NCBI GenBank assembly: GCA_951406725.2
Contig: OX597824.1
Span: forward strand, 97,588,001 to 97,652,000
From: Octopus vulgaris
Lineage: Eukaryota
DNA length: 64,000 bases
Direction of reading: 5' to 3'
Positions 26,553-41,234 of this stretch are shown piece by piece. The notes beneath the pieces are model-generated. The model saw only the letters and a list, made by a program, of their open reading frames with translations. It had not been told where the DNA came from and did not search any database. Each line of letters opens with the position of its first letter. Position 1 is the stretch's first letter. Made by a program: the position numbers and the translations under genes.

Positions 26553-27009
26553 TAAGCCGTTAGCGGTTATAGTAACCGATTAAGGGATAAAATATCTGTA
26601 TATACTATCGGCATCCCTTACCTGTGTTATCCCCGTGCTCACCACACATGTAGAGTCCAGATAAAAATAGGATAAACAAGAGCTTATCAGGAACCAATGC
26701 AAATCATTAGAAAATGAAGAAAACCACAAATTAACCAACACATCGGTCGGACCACATTTATAGCTTCATTTTTAATACAAAGCATGACATACGAAAATAG
26801 GTGACGTAACATTATCTTACGGCCGTTACAGACCGGATTGCCAAAATGCAGTCTATAAATGAATGCGAGAATAAATTTCTTCCTTTTCATAAGCCTAAGC
26901 CATGTTTGCTATCCTTTTCCTTTTTTTTTATATTGTATGATTTTGTTTGTCACTCTGATGAATATCCGTTGCTTTAATTCGAATGCGCTATGAAGATGAA
27001 GATCTGAAT

Positions 27010-27310
27010 TCTTTGTAAGCCTAGTACTTATTCTATCGGACACTTAGGCCGAACTGCTAAGTTTCGGGGACGTAAACACAGCAACATCGGTTGTAAAGCG
27101 ACGGTGGGCGAAACAAACACACAACTATATACACACATATATATAAGTATATACAACGGGCTTATTTCAGTTTCCGTCTACAAAATCCACTCATGAGGTT
27201 TTGATCGGCTCGAGGCTAGAGTAGAAGATACTTGCTCAAGATGCCAAGCAGTGGGACTGAACCTGGAACCATGTGGCTGGAAAGTAAGCGCATTATTACA
27301 CAGCTATGCC
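27010..27310 (-). mobile_element. SINE family B
   Basis: Reverse complement of the 25481 copy (CAGTGGGACTGAACCTGGAACCA). Confidence 0.8.
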
Positions 27311-27829
27311 TTCCCTTATATATATATATATATAGCAGGAAAACTATAGTGTTAACGTGTAAGCATTAGCCACTGACCATTCTGTGTCTCTACATAAGGA
27401 TACTCTAACTTGTTGTCAGAGGACCAAACTTATTTCACCACATTCGCACAGAGGATGGTCCCTAGACCACATAGAACGAATACTGTCTTGAGCGAGACAT
27501 ATTGACATATGGGGCCAATAATTTCCCAAATCCCTTTCAAAACTACAAAAGAATACATGGGCTTTTCTCTCTCAATGATCAGAGTTTAATTTGCAGAGAA
27601 GGTTGTATAAAAAGAGGTTGTCATACGCATTTTAGTGAAGGAAAGGTACCTTCGATATGCGCGGAAGGGTTGTGGAGAGAAATGTTTTGGCAACGGTCAG
27701 AAACGAATTGCATAAATTTGGCATGCCTCAAGTTATTTGTAGAAATGCATGTGTTTGTACATATTATGTATACATATATACATATGTATATACACATACG
27801 TATATACACACACATGCATATGCACGTGC

Positions 27830-28864
<1,035 letters not shown>

Positions 28865-29910
28865 GGGCCACTTCTCTTCATCATCTACATAAATGATATT
28901 ACTGACACCATCAAACACAGCAACATCAGAACCTTCGCTGATGATTCCAAGCTCCAGAAGGTCATCAATGGCGTGGATGACCGAATAAACCTTCAGTCAG
29001 ACCTACTAGCTGTTGTCCAATGGGCGGAAAAGAATAACATGTTGCTAAATGAAGACAAATTCGAACTGATCCACTTTGGAAGGGAGGACGCTCTGAAACT
29101 CCCATACTCTCTTCCTTCTGGAGAAATTCTCATGGCATCCAACAACATCAGAGACCTGGGAGTAACAGTGGACAACAACATAAGCTGGGCTACACATATA
29201 AGCAGCAAAGTTGACATGGCCCGCAGAATGTGTTCCTGGATTCTCAGAACCTTCCAGTCGAGAGATTCCCACGCTATTATCCTTCTCTTCTCCACTTTTG
29301 CCCGACCCCACCTTGAATACTGCTGTCCACTGTGGTCTCCCTACACAAAACAAAATATTATGAGAATTGAAGCTCCCCAAAGGTCAATCACAAAAAAGAT
29401 AGATGGCATGTCAGACCTTGACTACTGGGGTAGACTAGAGAAGCTGAAATTGTATTCACTCCAACGACGCCGTGAACGCTACATTATCTGTATGATGTGG
29501 AAAATATTCCATCAGCACTGTCCGAATGATGTTGGCATCACCTTCAAAATGCATCCAAGGCTTGGACCACGTGCCATCCGTCCACAACAAAAATCTAAAT
29601 CGCATCACATAACGACAATACGGCACAACTATTTCACCTCAATTGGACCCGCTCTCTTCAACATTACACCAGGACACGTCAAAAAAGAAACTGACCACAC
29701 AAAATTCAAGAAGTCTTTGGACAAATTCCTTCAAACAGTACCGGACAAACCATCCACACCCGGATATGTCTCCGCAAACAATAACTCTCTGCTCGAATGG
29801 GCCTTGGTGCCCAAATCCTGAACTGAAAGACTTCGCCAGGTGGTGCTATTAAGTTAGACATGGCCTGGGCCAATACTGGCCAAAAACCTTTCTAAGTTAT
29901 TCTAAGTTAT
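28865..29910 (+). mobile_element. 5'-truncated CR1-type LINE; uninterrupted ORF2 3' end (to stop at 29821) plus 3' UTR
   Basis: [48 protein letters not shown]; terminal tandem repeat CTAAGTTAT-T-CTAAGTTAT. Confidence 0.92.
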
Positions 29911-30395
<485 letters not shown>

Positions 30396-30698
30396 ACGAG
30401 TAGTATAGTTTACCTGAAGCATTTTTAGACATGAATTTGCTTTAAAAACAATTCCGATTTAATTTGAAAAAAAAAAGCAATGGAAATAAAAGCATGAAGA
30501 CCACAAAATTTCAAACTTTGGATTTATATTTTTCATTACGGTTTAAAAAAATCTTTATTCATTGAAAAGCAAGAATTAGCTCAGCCCTGAACAATAAAGA
30601 TATGTGGAGACATGGGAAGCCTGGCATGTGGCCATTGCTACTCTTAAATTAGCTAATTAGCGTTGCTTAAATGCAGATGATTTCACTCTGTATGTATG

Positions 30699-30755
<57 letters not shown>

Positions 30756-30814
30756 ACACACACACACACACAGATGTCGACAGATAGATAGATAGATAGA
30801 TAGATAAATGGATA

Positions 30815-31600
30815 TCTTTATTAGCCACACAGGGCCGAACAGTGAGGGGACAAAATACAATGTAGAGCTTTTCTTTTCGAAAGATAAAAAATGGGAAGAA
30901 AAAATTCCGATCAAAAATGATTGTGTATCACAGAAGAGAGTAAAAATATAAAAAAAAATTATTATATTTCTCCATGGAAAGAAAAGCCTACCGAAAAGAC
31001 CACGGTAACTCAGGCAGGGAGGGAAAAACACATAAGATCAAAGTGGTTTCGTTATTTGCGCGTATCATCTTTGCTACATTCACCCACCTTTTATTGAATC
31101 TTACACGAGACAAAACTTGCTTCTATTCTCACCTTCCTTTTCAAGTTATACTTGAAAAAGTTGATGAACGATTGGCCAGAAAGAAAAGTGTTTGTTTCTT
31201 GACCTCTCGCTCGGGTCCACCACACGTATTCTTTCACCATGGCCACCAGTACGATGAAAACTGCCTTGACTTCCCGGTTAAGGGAAAGTGTCGGAGCAAT
31301 CGTCACGATAGACTCGGCCGACAGGCGGACTCGTCCCACGCGTGACAGCAGCCGATCGGCATAAGCCCACAGGTCCGAAATGGTTGGACACTGCACGAGT
31401 GCGTGCAGAACGGTTTCGTCGCTCTGACCGCATCTAGGACAAGTCGGTCCGGTGTATAACGAACCGTGCCTGTAGAGCTTATCTCGAACGGGCAATGCTT
31501 CTAGATAGCACTGCCAGGCCAGGGATCTCTGATGATTGTCCATAGATCCCGGCCCGAAAGTTGTCTTGAATAGGCAGGTCAGGTGTTCCTCGTCGACGGG
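30815..31600 (-). mobile_element. Tx1/L1-clade LINE 3' end with zf-RVT zinc knuckle and 3' UTR
   Basis: ALPVRDKLYRHG...TCPRCGQSDETVLHALVQCP; AATAAA near the end, followed by (TATC)n. Confidence 0.85.
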
Positions 31601-31918
31601 ATTAGAGAGAGAGATAGAGAGAGGGAGGGAGAGAGAGGGGGGGAGAGAGAGGGAGAGAGAGATGTTACACACATATTTATCTCCATACATATGCATATCC
31701 TTTGGAGTAGTTTAGGAAGTCACGGAATGGGGATGGACAACGCAAAGGGGCCACTCCTTTTACAGCTGCGCCAGCGTTTAGACTTAGGGATAACAAATAC
31801 TTGGTTCGGGGAAAAGATCTATCAACTGCAAAATCTGCAGTGTGCATTCGGCGGTGAGGATGCCGAGTGGTGAATGAACTATAAGGCTTTCGAGAGAGAA
31901 AGACAGACAGAAGGACAT

Positions 31919-31961
<43 letters not shown>

Positions 31962-32773
31962 TATAGACAGATAGAGAAACAGAGAAACTGAACGACAGAC
32001 CAAAATAGTTCAGTTCCTGACAATTTGCTCTTTACAATAAATCTGACCCTACACTTAATTTAGTTTCAACCCAGGGGCGGATGTTGCGTTGTTATTTTTA
32101 AAGTTGCTTCAAAATAATAATCTTATTTTAATATACGTGGGGGGGTGCATGAATGGTTGGTGGGGTTGTGCTCGTGATTGTGTGTGTATACTTTTAATCT
32201 TGTGCTTATTTCTGTCATTCGACTTTTCCGTTCATTCTCTTTCCTTCTTTTCCAAAAATCTTTTACAGTTTTGAAGAAATTTAAAAATAGCTGAATCTGT
32301 TTCAATAAATGTAGGTTTATAATGAAATATACGGGAGAGTCCATACACCGAATGGCCAAAGGGGGGGAAATCGTTTAAATCCGAACCGTAAGTTTAAACA
32401 TGGATGAAGAGGAAACGGTTTTTGTTTTTGACGATTTATTTCAAATTTAAAGATGGAAGACATGGTTAATGGATGAAAGAAGCGACTCGTTTGTTAAATG
32501 AAAGAATTTTTACATTTAGTCTCCGGAGTTCCTCAGGTAATTAAAATCTTATGGAACCAGGTAAAGACTAATGGAATAGGCTGTGTGTCAGGGTTAAAAA
32601 TAACGGATTTTGAAATACAGTCGAAATTTAAAGATTACACTAAAATTTATACGCCGTGTATGCAAAGTATTATTAGAAGCGAAACTGTGGGTCGGATTAA
32701 TAAGGAGTTAATATGAAGGATTATCTGGGGATATGTTTTCCGATGAAAATTCTTCCTCTAGTAGAGAAACCTA

Positions 32774-32900
32774 GGCGTGGCTTTGTGGTAAGAAGTTGGC
32801 TTCCCAACAACCAGGTTCCGGGTTCAGTCCTACTTTATGACACGTTGTACACGTGTCTTTTACCATTATTTCAGGCCGACCAAAGACTTGTGAGTGGATA
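32774..32900 (+). mobile_element. SINE family B, 5' part
   Basis: GGCGTGGCTTTGTGGTAAGAAG...GGTTCAGTCC. Confidence 0.75.
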
Positions 32901-33348
32901 AGATAACTTTCCCAGAAACCAAACCTTTGTTCTACAGCGCAGTGACGTCGTTTATTGACGGGGGACATTTTTCACACATATCTATTGGGAGAATTTCTCT
33001 CGTGTGACGGTTTCCGCTGAGAAATTCTTATACTTCGGAATGTGCTCAAACGATTTAAATACAACTGCACAGAGATACATTTCAGTCACTGCTGTTTAGT
33101 TCGTTAACAGTTGATTAACTCCAACCTTAAAAAAGCTTTGTAATCAACAAGTTTATTATAAGAACGTTTGTTTCTTATGGGCTTTCAAATGAAATATGAT
33201 GACGCAGAAACACGTACACACACATACTTACATACATACATACATACATAAACATGCGCGCGCGTGTTTGTACGGGTAGACAGACATACAGACAGACAGA
33301 CAAAGAGAAAGAAAGAAAAAAGGAAGACACAGACAGACAGATAGTCTG

Positions 33349-33523
<175 letters not shown>

Positions 33524-33530
33524 CAGTCAT

Positions 33531-33790
33531 GTTTCTTTATTAGCCACACAGGACTGAACACGGGGGACAAAATACAAAGTTGAGCTTTTCTTTTGGGGGA
33601 AGAGAAAAAAAAAGGGGGTATAGAATTTCGATTAAAAGGAATCGTGGAAAGTTAAAAAAAGCCGATCAATAGGGATCGTGTATCGCAGAAATGTCATAAT
33701 GTAGAAGGGAAACAGATTAGGTTTATCCGTGGAAATAAAAGCCTACGGAAAAGACCCCGGAAACCTCGGGTAATAATGTCATGCAAAAAA
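33531..33790 (-). mobile_element. Tx1-like LINE 3' UTR fragment
   Basis: Matches 30815-31020 (TTTATTAGCCACACAGG...GGGGACAAAATACAA...AAAGCCTACGGAAAAGACC). Confidence 0.8.
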
Positions 33791-33974
33791 CACATTACAG
33801 TAAGTGAGACAGACAGGCAGATAGATAGATATACAGATAGATAGACAGACAGACTGATAGACAGATAGATAGATACATAAACAGACAGATAGACAGACAG
33901 ATAGACAGATAGACAGATAGATAGATACATAAACAGACAGACAGACAGACAGACAGGCAGACAGACAGACAGAC

Positions 33975-34044
<70 letters not shown>

Positions 34045-34067
34045 CAGATAGACAGACAGATAGACAA

Positions 34068-34420
34068 CTTTATTGGCCGCACATGGCTGAACACAGAGGG
34101 GACAAATACAGATGTAGAGCATTTCTTTTCGAAAATGAAAAAGAGGGGGGAAATGAGAAACAAAAAGGTAAAATTTCGATCAAAAGGGATCGTGTATCAC
34201 AGAAGAATTTTTAAAATGTAAAAAGCAAGATTAAGTTTCTCCGTGGAAAAAAAAAGCCTACGGAAAAGACCACGGTAACCTCAGGCAGGGAGGGAATAAA
34301 CGCATGAGAGCAAAGTGCTCTCTCGCTCTTTCGATTTACAGAATCATGCTCAAAGTGGTTTCCTCACTCGCACGCACCATCTTTGCTACATTCACCCACA
34401 ATTTCCTACCCTCCATTCAC
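34068..34420 (-). mobile_element. Tx1-like LINE 3' UTR fragment
   Basis: Matches 30815-31090, including CATCTTTGCTACATTCACCCAC. Confidence 0.8.
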
Positions 34421-34926
34421 AGCGAGAGATAGACAGAGAGACGGACAGATAGACAGAGTCTCTGTATATGTAACCATATGTATGTGTATGTTAGCTGCAC
34501 TTAAACGAACCGTAGTATCTGATTCAATCGAAATCCTAACAATTACTTAACATTTTGCAATCTTCATCTTATCTTCTGCAACTTTAAATATTTTATGAGT
34601 TAAAATATCCTCGCTTTTTCATGCATTTTGTTTGATTGTTTCTGTATTTGTTCGTCATTGAGTTTCCATTTTACAATAAGGTTGAAATTTTCAGAATTCT
34701 AAAAAATATAATTTTAAAAAACGTATTGATTTTAATATTTATCTTAAAACACCATTTTAAAATCTATTCTTGATTTATAGAGATGGAAGTAATTAAAAAT
34801 TTATCTTCATTTTAGCGCTAATATGGGAAATATTTTTAGAATACATAATTAATTCGCTTTACTTTAAACCTCTGCACACACACTTATAGAAAGAGAATGA
34901 GAGAGAGAGAGAAATAAAAATGGACA

Positions 34927-35008
<82 letters not shown>

Positions 35009-35143
35009 ATAGAGAGAGAGAGAGAGAGAGAGACAACTACATGCATTACATATATAAACATGTATACAAATATATGTGTGTGCGTATGCATGTGTGTATA
35101 TAAAGTGACAGAAGAAATGAAGGAGAGGGAGTAACAAACACAT

Positions 35144-35227
<84 letters not shown>

Positions 35228-35534
35228 TGTGTGTGTGCATGAGTTTGTTTATATACATGTGTATACATATGTGTGTTTGTGTTTTTAAGGAATTTATTAT
35301 GTAAGAGCCAGTTTAATTTGAGACGAAGATAGGAAAATTACGGAACAGGGCAAGGTGTCACGAGAAGTCATTACGTAAAGCGGAGTATTTAATGTGGTCG
35401 GGTCTTCAAAATACAGAGGAAGACGTAAATAAGAAGACGAGAAAGAAATCACAAAGCTTTCGAATAAATTTAGAATCAACCAATGGAGATCATGATTCAT
35501 CGGTTCCAAGGCCAGCCATGCCTGCGCATATATC

Positions 35535-35905
35535 TGTACTTATATACCTTGTGTCATTCGTTAGGCTGAGACCATGCTGGGGCACAGTCTTGGGGAATTT
35601 TAGCTGAACAACTCCACCCCAGTATTTATTGTTTCAAACTCGCTATTTATTCTACCGTCCTTTTAGCCGACCCGCTAAGTTATGGGAACGTAAACACACC
35701 AGCACCGGTTGCCAAGTGGTGTTGGAGGGCAAACATCGACACACAAACACACACACATACGTCGGTCTTCGTTGTGTTTCCTTCTATTATATCCACTCAC
35801 AGGGTTTTGGCTACAGTAGAAGACACCCAAGATTGCACACTTAGGGACTGAACTCGGAACAAAATGATTTGGAAGTAGACGTCGCACAACGTACCCACAC
35901 CACTG
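35535..35905 (-). mobile_element. SINE family B, degenerate
   Basis: GGGACTGAACTCGGAAC and CCGCTAAGTTATGGGAACGTAAACACACC match the family B reverse complement. Confidence 0.7.
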
Positions 35906-36101
35906 TGTGTGTGTGTGTGAATGTAGAGTGTTAGAGATTCGCTTGATGCATTGTAGTAAAGAAGGAAAAAAAACAAAAAGGAAAATGAGAAAAACTTCCA
36001 ACAAAGCAGAAAAGAAAGTTGGAAAACCTTTCTATAACTCAGGCGCAAAGAATAAGATAAAAATCCAAGGCCGTGAAAGATTTCAGGACATTTATAAATA
36101 G

Positions 36102-36147
36102 GTCTTACAGCTGTTTCCAGGATATTTTATATCCCTTCATCGGAGAC
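36102..36147 (-). ncRNA. Minimal type I hammerhead ribozyme motif
   Basis: GUCU-CCGAUGA-A-GGGAUAU(AAA)AUAUCCU-G-GAAA-CAGCUG-UA-AGAC; palindromic stem III, GUA site; U4C variant and mismatch at base of stem II. Confidence 0.6.
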
Positions 36148-36171
36148 GGTGTGAGAAAATGGTTAAGCAAC

Positions 36172-36214
<43 letters not shown>

Positions 36215-36355
36215 TTCTGCTGACTGGGAAAAGGCGCGCTCGTTTGTCTTTTCAAGTGATGGGGAGTCGTGCATCTATGCGCGAGGCAATACGCTTGGCC
36301 GCACACCATCCATATCACACGTAGATGGATGACCACTACGCCATCCTCTCACGCC

Positions 36356-36403
36356 GTCTCCGATGAAGGGATATAATAAATATCCTGCAAACAGCTGTAA
36401 GAC
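36356..36403 (+). ncRNA. Inverted paralogue of the hammerhead motif with core G12 changed to C, probably inactive
   Basis: GTCT-CCGATGA-AGGGATAT..ATATCCTG-CAAA-CAGCTG-TA-AGAC. Confidence 0.5.
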
Positions 36404-36618
36404 CAATCTATAAATGTTCTAAAATCTACGCAGCCTTGTTTTTTTTTTATCTCATTACGAAAAAAAATGTTTATATACACACGCTGACATATGACCAACG
36501 TTGAACCCCTCATTCGCAAATCACCGAATCTGGAACTTAAATGCGGTCCATCTTTCGCACTTATTCAGCATTACCTGACACCTTTAGGTCTCAATGACAC
36601 CATTACCTCTCATAACCG

Positions 36619-36670
<52 letters not shown>

Positions 36671-36766
36671 CAATAAAGGGTTTGGCAACGAATTGCCTTA
36701 CCACATACCGAATTTAGAAATAGCAGTCAAAGAGTTATAGCTATTTCTTCTACTATTTCACCCTTC

Positions 36767-36811
<45 letters not shown>

Positions 36812-37763
36812 AAAGAGAGAGAGAGATGTATGCATATGCATAATATAACTATGCTTGTTACGCACATACTCTTAGAGGTACCGAAACCTACATACATACA
36901 CACACACATACATACCTACATACAATCATTAACCTAATGGCAGTGGGTGGCTGATAGTCTTAAGATAAGCATCTACTTTGTTGCCATTGATTTCCTGACC
37001 AAATTAAATGCAGTTAACTTCACTGAAAATTTGAAAATGATCAATGCTCGCCGCTCCATTTTCAGATGTCAATAGAAAACCGGTCGAGGAAAAATGTTGC
37101 AATACTATACGAGTTCAAAACTGAGGTAATCACATATCTATGCTTTGCTTTAAATTACATTTAAATAAGAGAATTCAGTGAATAGACTCTTGTTCTCTAA
37201 AAGGGTAAAAGGTACTCGACAAAATGGTGGCAGGAAGACGATGCCTATGGAGCAAAGCGTTGCCAAATTTGAATACGATTTTTCTTTTCTGTTTTTCAAA
37301 TTCGCCTTTAGACCATTTCTCTGTTAAGTTTAGACATGTGGTATAATTGCATTTATTTGAAAGATTGCAATAAAATTAAATTATTTGTGTACACCGAGTA
37401 AAAATTGGGCAAGTATAAAAGAGACTTTTGAAGTAAACAGTGGCCAAATTTAATTGTGGTCTCTAATAAATTTTGTAGCACTGGAAGTTTTGCAAATAAA
37501 CTTCAGTAAAAATTCCAGAAAAGACGAGTAGCGTAGTTTTGCTTCTAAATTTTGACCGGTTTTCTGTCTAGTTCCAGTCTTGTTTTGGTTTCACCTAGAT
37601 TTATATATGGTATAGATGTTTAGATTTTAGCATTTCACAAGCTGAAAGTTTTTCGATTTTCCAATATTTTGAAAGTATGTATGTTTAATAAAGAGAGTGA
37701 ATTTTAGGTGAAAAAAATATCGAATTTTTACAAATTTTAGGTACAAAAATAACGGTTTTTAAA

Positions 37764-39214
37764 TGCAAGGTTCTTAACCTTCCATTTCTTTTAATTCTGT
37801 TCTTTTCCAGGCTCAATAAATCAAACATATTCTCCCTTCCAATGCTGCTTTTCCCCTGCTTGTCCATTTGTAAAAACCTAAAAAGTATAAGCTAATATAC
37901 AAGTTTTCCAGTAAGTTATATTGTCAAAAAATAAACAACATAAACTGGCAAAAAGAGAATTACATAAAATATCAATGAACAAGTCAATACGAAATAATAT
38001 TTTGTCTTGGGATCTATTTGTCTTGGGATCTAAAAGGTCAGTGAATATGAGACCTGGAACATAGAAAAACAAGCCTGGCTGTCCAGAGTAAGGGGAACGA
38101 AAAAGTAAATGCTTAAAAGTAGGATACTTAAACGTCATTATTATGAATTTCGAAGGAGGCGAGCTGGCAGAATCGTTAGCACGCCGGTATTTCGTCTGTC
38201 TTTACGTTCTGGGTCCAAATTCCGCCGAGGTCGACTTTGCCTTTCATCCTTTCGAGGTCGATAAATTAAGTACCAGTTATGTACTGGGGGGGGGGGGTGA
38301 TGTAATCGACAAGAGCCCCCCAAAAAAAAAATTTCAGGCCTTGTGCCTTCAATAGAAAGGATTATTATAAATTTCCTTTTAAGGTGACGAGCTGACAGAA
38401 TCGTTAGCACCCCAGGTAAAACGCTTAGCGGCATCTCACCCGTCGCTACGTTCTGAGTTCAAATTCCGCCGAGGTCGACTTTGCCTTTCATTTTTTCAGG
38501 ATCGATAAATTAAGTACCAGTCGAGCGTTGGGGTCGATATAATCGACTGGACTCCTCCCCCATAATTGCTAGCCTCGTGCCTATAATAGAAAGAATTATT
38601 ACAGATTTGCTGTGAGGCGGCGAGCGGGCAGGATCGATAGCACATCGGACAGCCTGCTTAGCGGGATCTCGTCGGTTTTTATGTTTTGAGTTCACATTCG
38701 CCGAAATCGATTTTGCTTTTCATCCTCTCGGGGTCGATCAAATAAGTACCCATAGATGTAATCGGATTACCCTCTCTCTCGAAATTGCTGGCTTTTTGTC
38801 AAAAATGGAAACCATTATTAGAGATATGTTTAGTTTGTTTTTCCCCTTATTTCTCAAAATCATCATTTAGTTAACTTGTGAATCATTGCAGAAAACAAAG
38901 TATTTTTAAAACAAAAGACAGGCAGATCCAAAAGTAATTGCAAATTGACAACTCAGTCCGAAATAGAAGACAAAATATTATTTCTTATTGATTTGTTCAT
39001 TGATAATATTTTATATAATTCTCTTTTTGTCAGTTCATACAGTTTATTTTTTGACAGTATAACTGATTGGAAAACTTATGTATTAGCTTATACTTTTTAG
39101 GTTTTTACAAATGGACAAGCAGGGGGAAAGCAGCTTCGGAAGAGAGATTATGTTTGCTCTGTTGAGCCTGGAAAAGAACAGAATGAAAAGAAATGGAAGG
39201 TTAAGAATATTGCA
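37764..39214. repeat. ~245-bp inverted repeat (37764-38008 / 38967-39214)
   Basis: CCCCTGCTTGTCCATTTGTAAAAACCTAAAAAGTATAAGCTAATA is the exact reverse complement of TATTAGCTTATACTTTTTAGGTTTTTACAAATGGACAAGCAGGGG; similarity continues on both sides. Confidence 0.9.
38157..38815 (+). mobile_element. Three tandem SINE family A copies
   Basis: Heads at ~38157, ~38383 and ~38615, each with TCCGCCGAGGTCGACTTTGCC-like core. Confidence 0.85.
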
Positions 39215-41106
39215 AATAATGCCAGACAAAAAAGGGGTAAGACTGAAGACAAGATGACTTTGTGCAACAATTTGGTCAAATGGTTAAATTCGAAGGGCCA
39301 TTTTCTTTCGATCATAGAGTCCCCTCATGAGCATGCCGAACTGAGATCATACACAATGGTTTATGCTGATTCTGAGGAAGATAAATCAAGTTTTGTGCAT
39401 TTCGGTGAAAAAAGATTCATCGATTGACTTCTATAGAAAACATGGATAAGGATTCTGGATTTATATCTATTTTTAGTAGGAGAAGGAAGAACCCTCAAAA
39501 GTTCAATGAAACGACCGAAAACGAGGCTTTTTTTTATTTCAATTCCAACTTCAAGTTCGATATTTTTAAGCTTCATCTACTCGTCGTGTATTTTTCCAGA
39601 CCGATATCATGTCATCAGTGTTGCTAATACAAACCTCTTTTGTGTGTGTTCGTGTGCGTGTATATGTGTATGCGTGTGTAGATACATACGTATACATATA
39701 TACAGGCTCACATATACAAACAAATATATACACACTAATACTCAACTTGATATAACAGCTTCTCATATACCAGTCGCTCCACGTTTTTTACACCTGGAGA
39801 CATGTAGAAAGCTAGATACTTAAGAGGGTTCTTGGCATCTAAGGCTACTTGTTGTAGTCCGATGTTAGGATTATTTTCTTTTCCATCAGTCTAATCTGTT
39901 GAGGTTATATGAAAATTATAATAATGATAATAATAATAATAATAATAATAAGACTCTCCCGTCGAAGATGACATATGAACGTTCAGCTTTCTCCGAACGA
40001 CCTACACAAATGGTTGGTTTAAAGTGGTCAAATGTTCGTGACGCACATCAGTTCACTCTCTCCATCAAATACAGGTGCACAGTGTGCCACGGCTCGGGTG
40101 TCGAAGTGATTGCAGAGCAACTTGAGATGAAGGGCTTTGCTCAAGGATACATCCCACACCACGGCCTAGGAATTGAAACCACAGACATTCTCTAGAACAA
40201 TACTATGTGCAAATCTGAATATATGGCACCCCAGACAGAACACCAACTTGAACTTCTAACTTGTTGTCTTTTGAGGTCCCTGGATGAGACTTGGAGCCAA
40301 CTTGTACAAATACAAAGCAAAAACCAAACATATAAGAATAACAAAATGGCGTGTAGAGGCTACTGTTAAAAGTTCTATTGATTTTCGTGTGACCTGAGCA
40401 CATTTAGAACTGGAATCTGCAATTGTTGGAGCTGTATTGGTTGCTTGAAGGTAAATATGAACCATTTTATATAAAATCGTTCTTCGTTTTTTTTTATATA
40501 TATTTTCTTTCGTTCTTGTCAAAATTACATTAGTTTTGATCATTTGTCCATATTTCACGCTATTCTTTTTCTTTTCACCTCTTCCTCTTTCCAATGTTTT
40601 TTTTAGATATTTCTGTAAATCCTTATTAATTTCCACCTACAGACATTAAATGATATCTCACAAATATTTTCATTCCATTCCACAAATGTTTTTTCTGGAA
40701 ACTCCTGGAAAAACACATTAAGTTCCTTACCGTACGTGTGACAGGTTTTCCTGCATTAAATGTGCCCAGTTTATTTCGTAAAATTTTTCTGTTTTTCTTA
40801 ATTCTCATTAATTTCATAGAAACTTGGTGAAAAATGGCTTCTAACCAGTTAAGATATATTTCAGCATAATTTTTTTTTTACAAATAAATTAGTTATTGTA
40901 CGTACTATTTGTTGCTGTAATTGTTCGTTTCATTGTAGTCTACCTCCTCAGACAACGTTGATATGATTGAAGGAGTAAGCTAATGTACATGACATATAAA
41001 TTATGTGAATAAATCATACACACACACACATATATATATATATTGACATACATAAAAACACATATATATATATATATATATATATATTATACATTGTACA
41101 CAAACA

Positions 41107-41152
<46 letters not shown>

Positions 41153-41199
41153 AACATATACATATATGTATGCATGTATGTGTGTGTGTATATATAAAT

Positions 41200-41234
<35 letters not shown>

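Noticed and set aside
26622-26852. Minus-strand 231-nt coding exon with CAG|GTAAG donor
   Set aside because: Stop codons in all three frames
26950-26995. Hammerhead-like CTGATGA...GAAT (also 39575-39625 minus)
   Set aside because: Core or stems I and III cannot be formed
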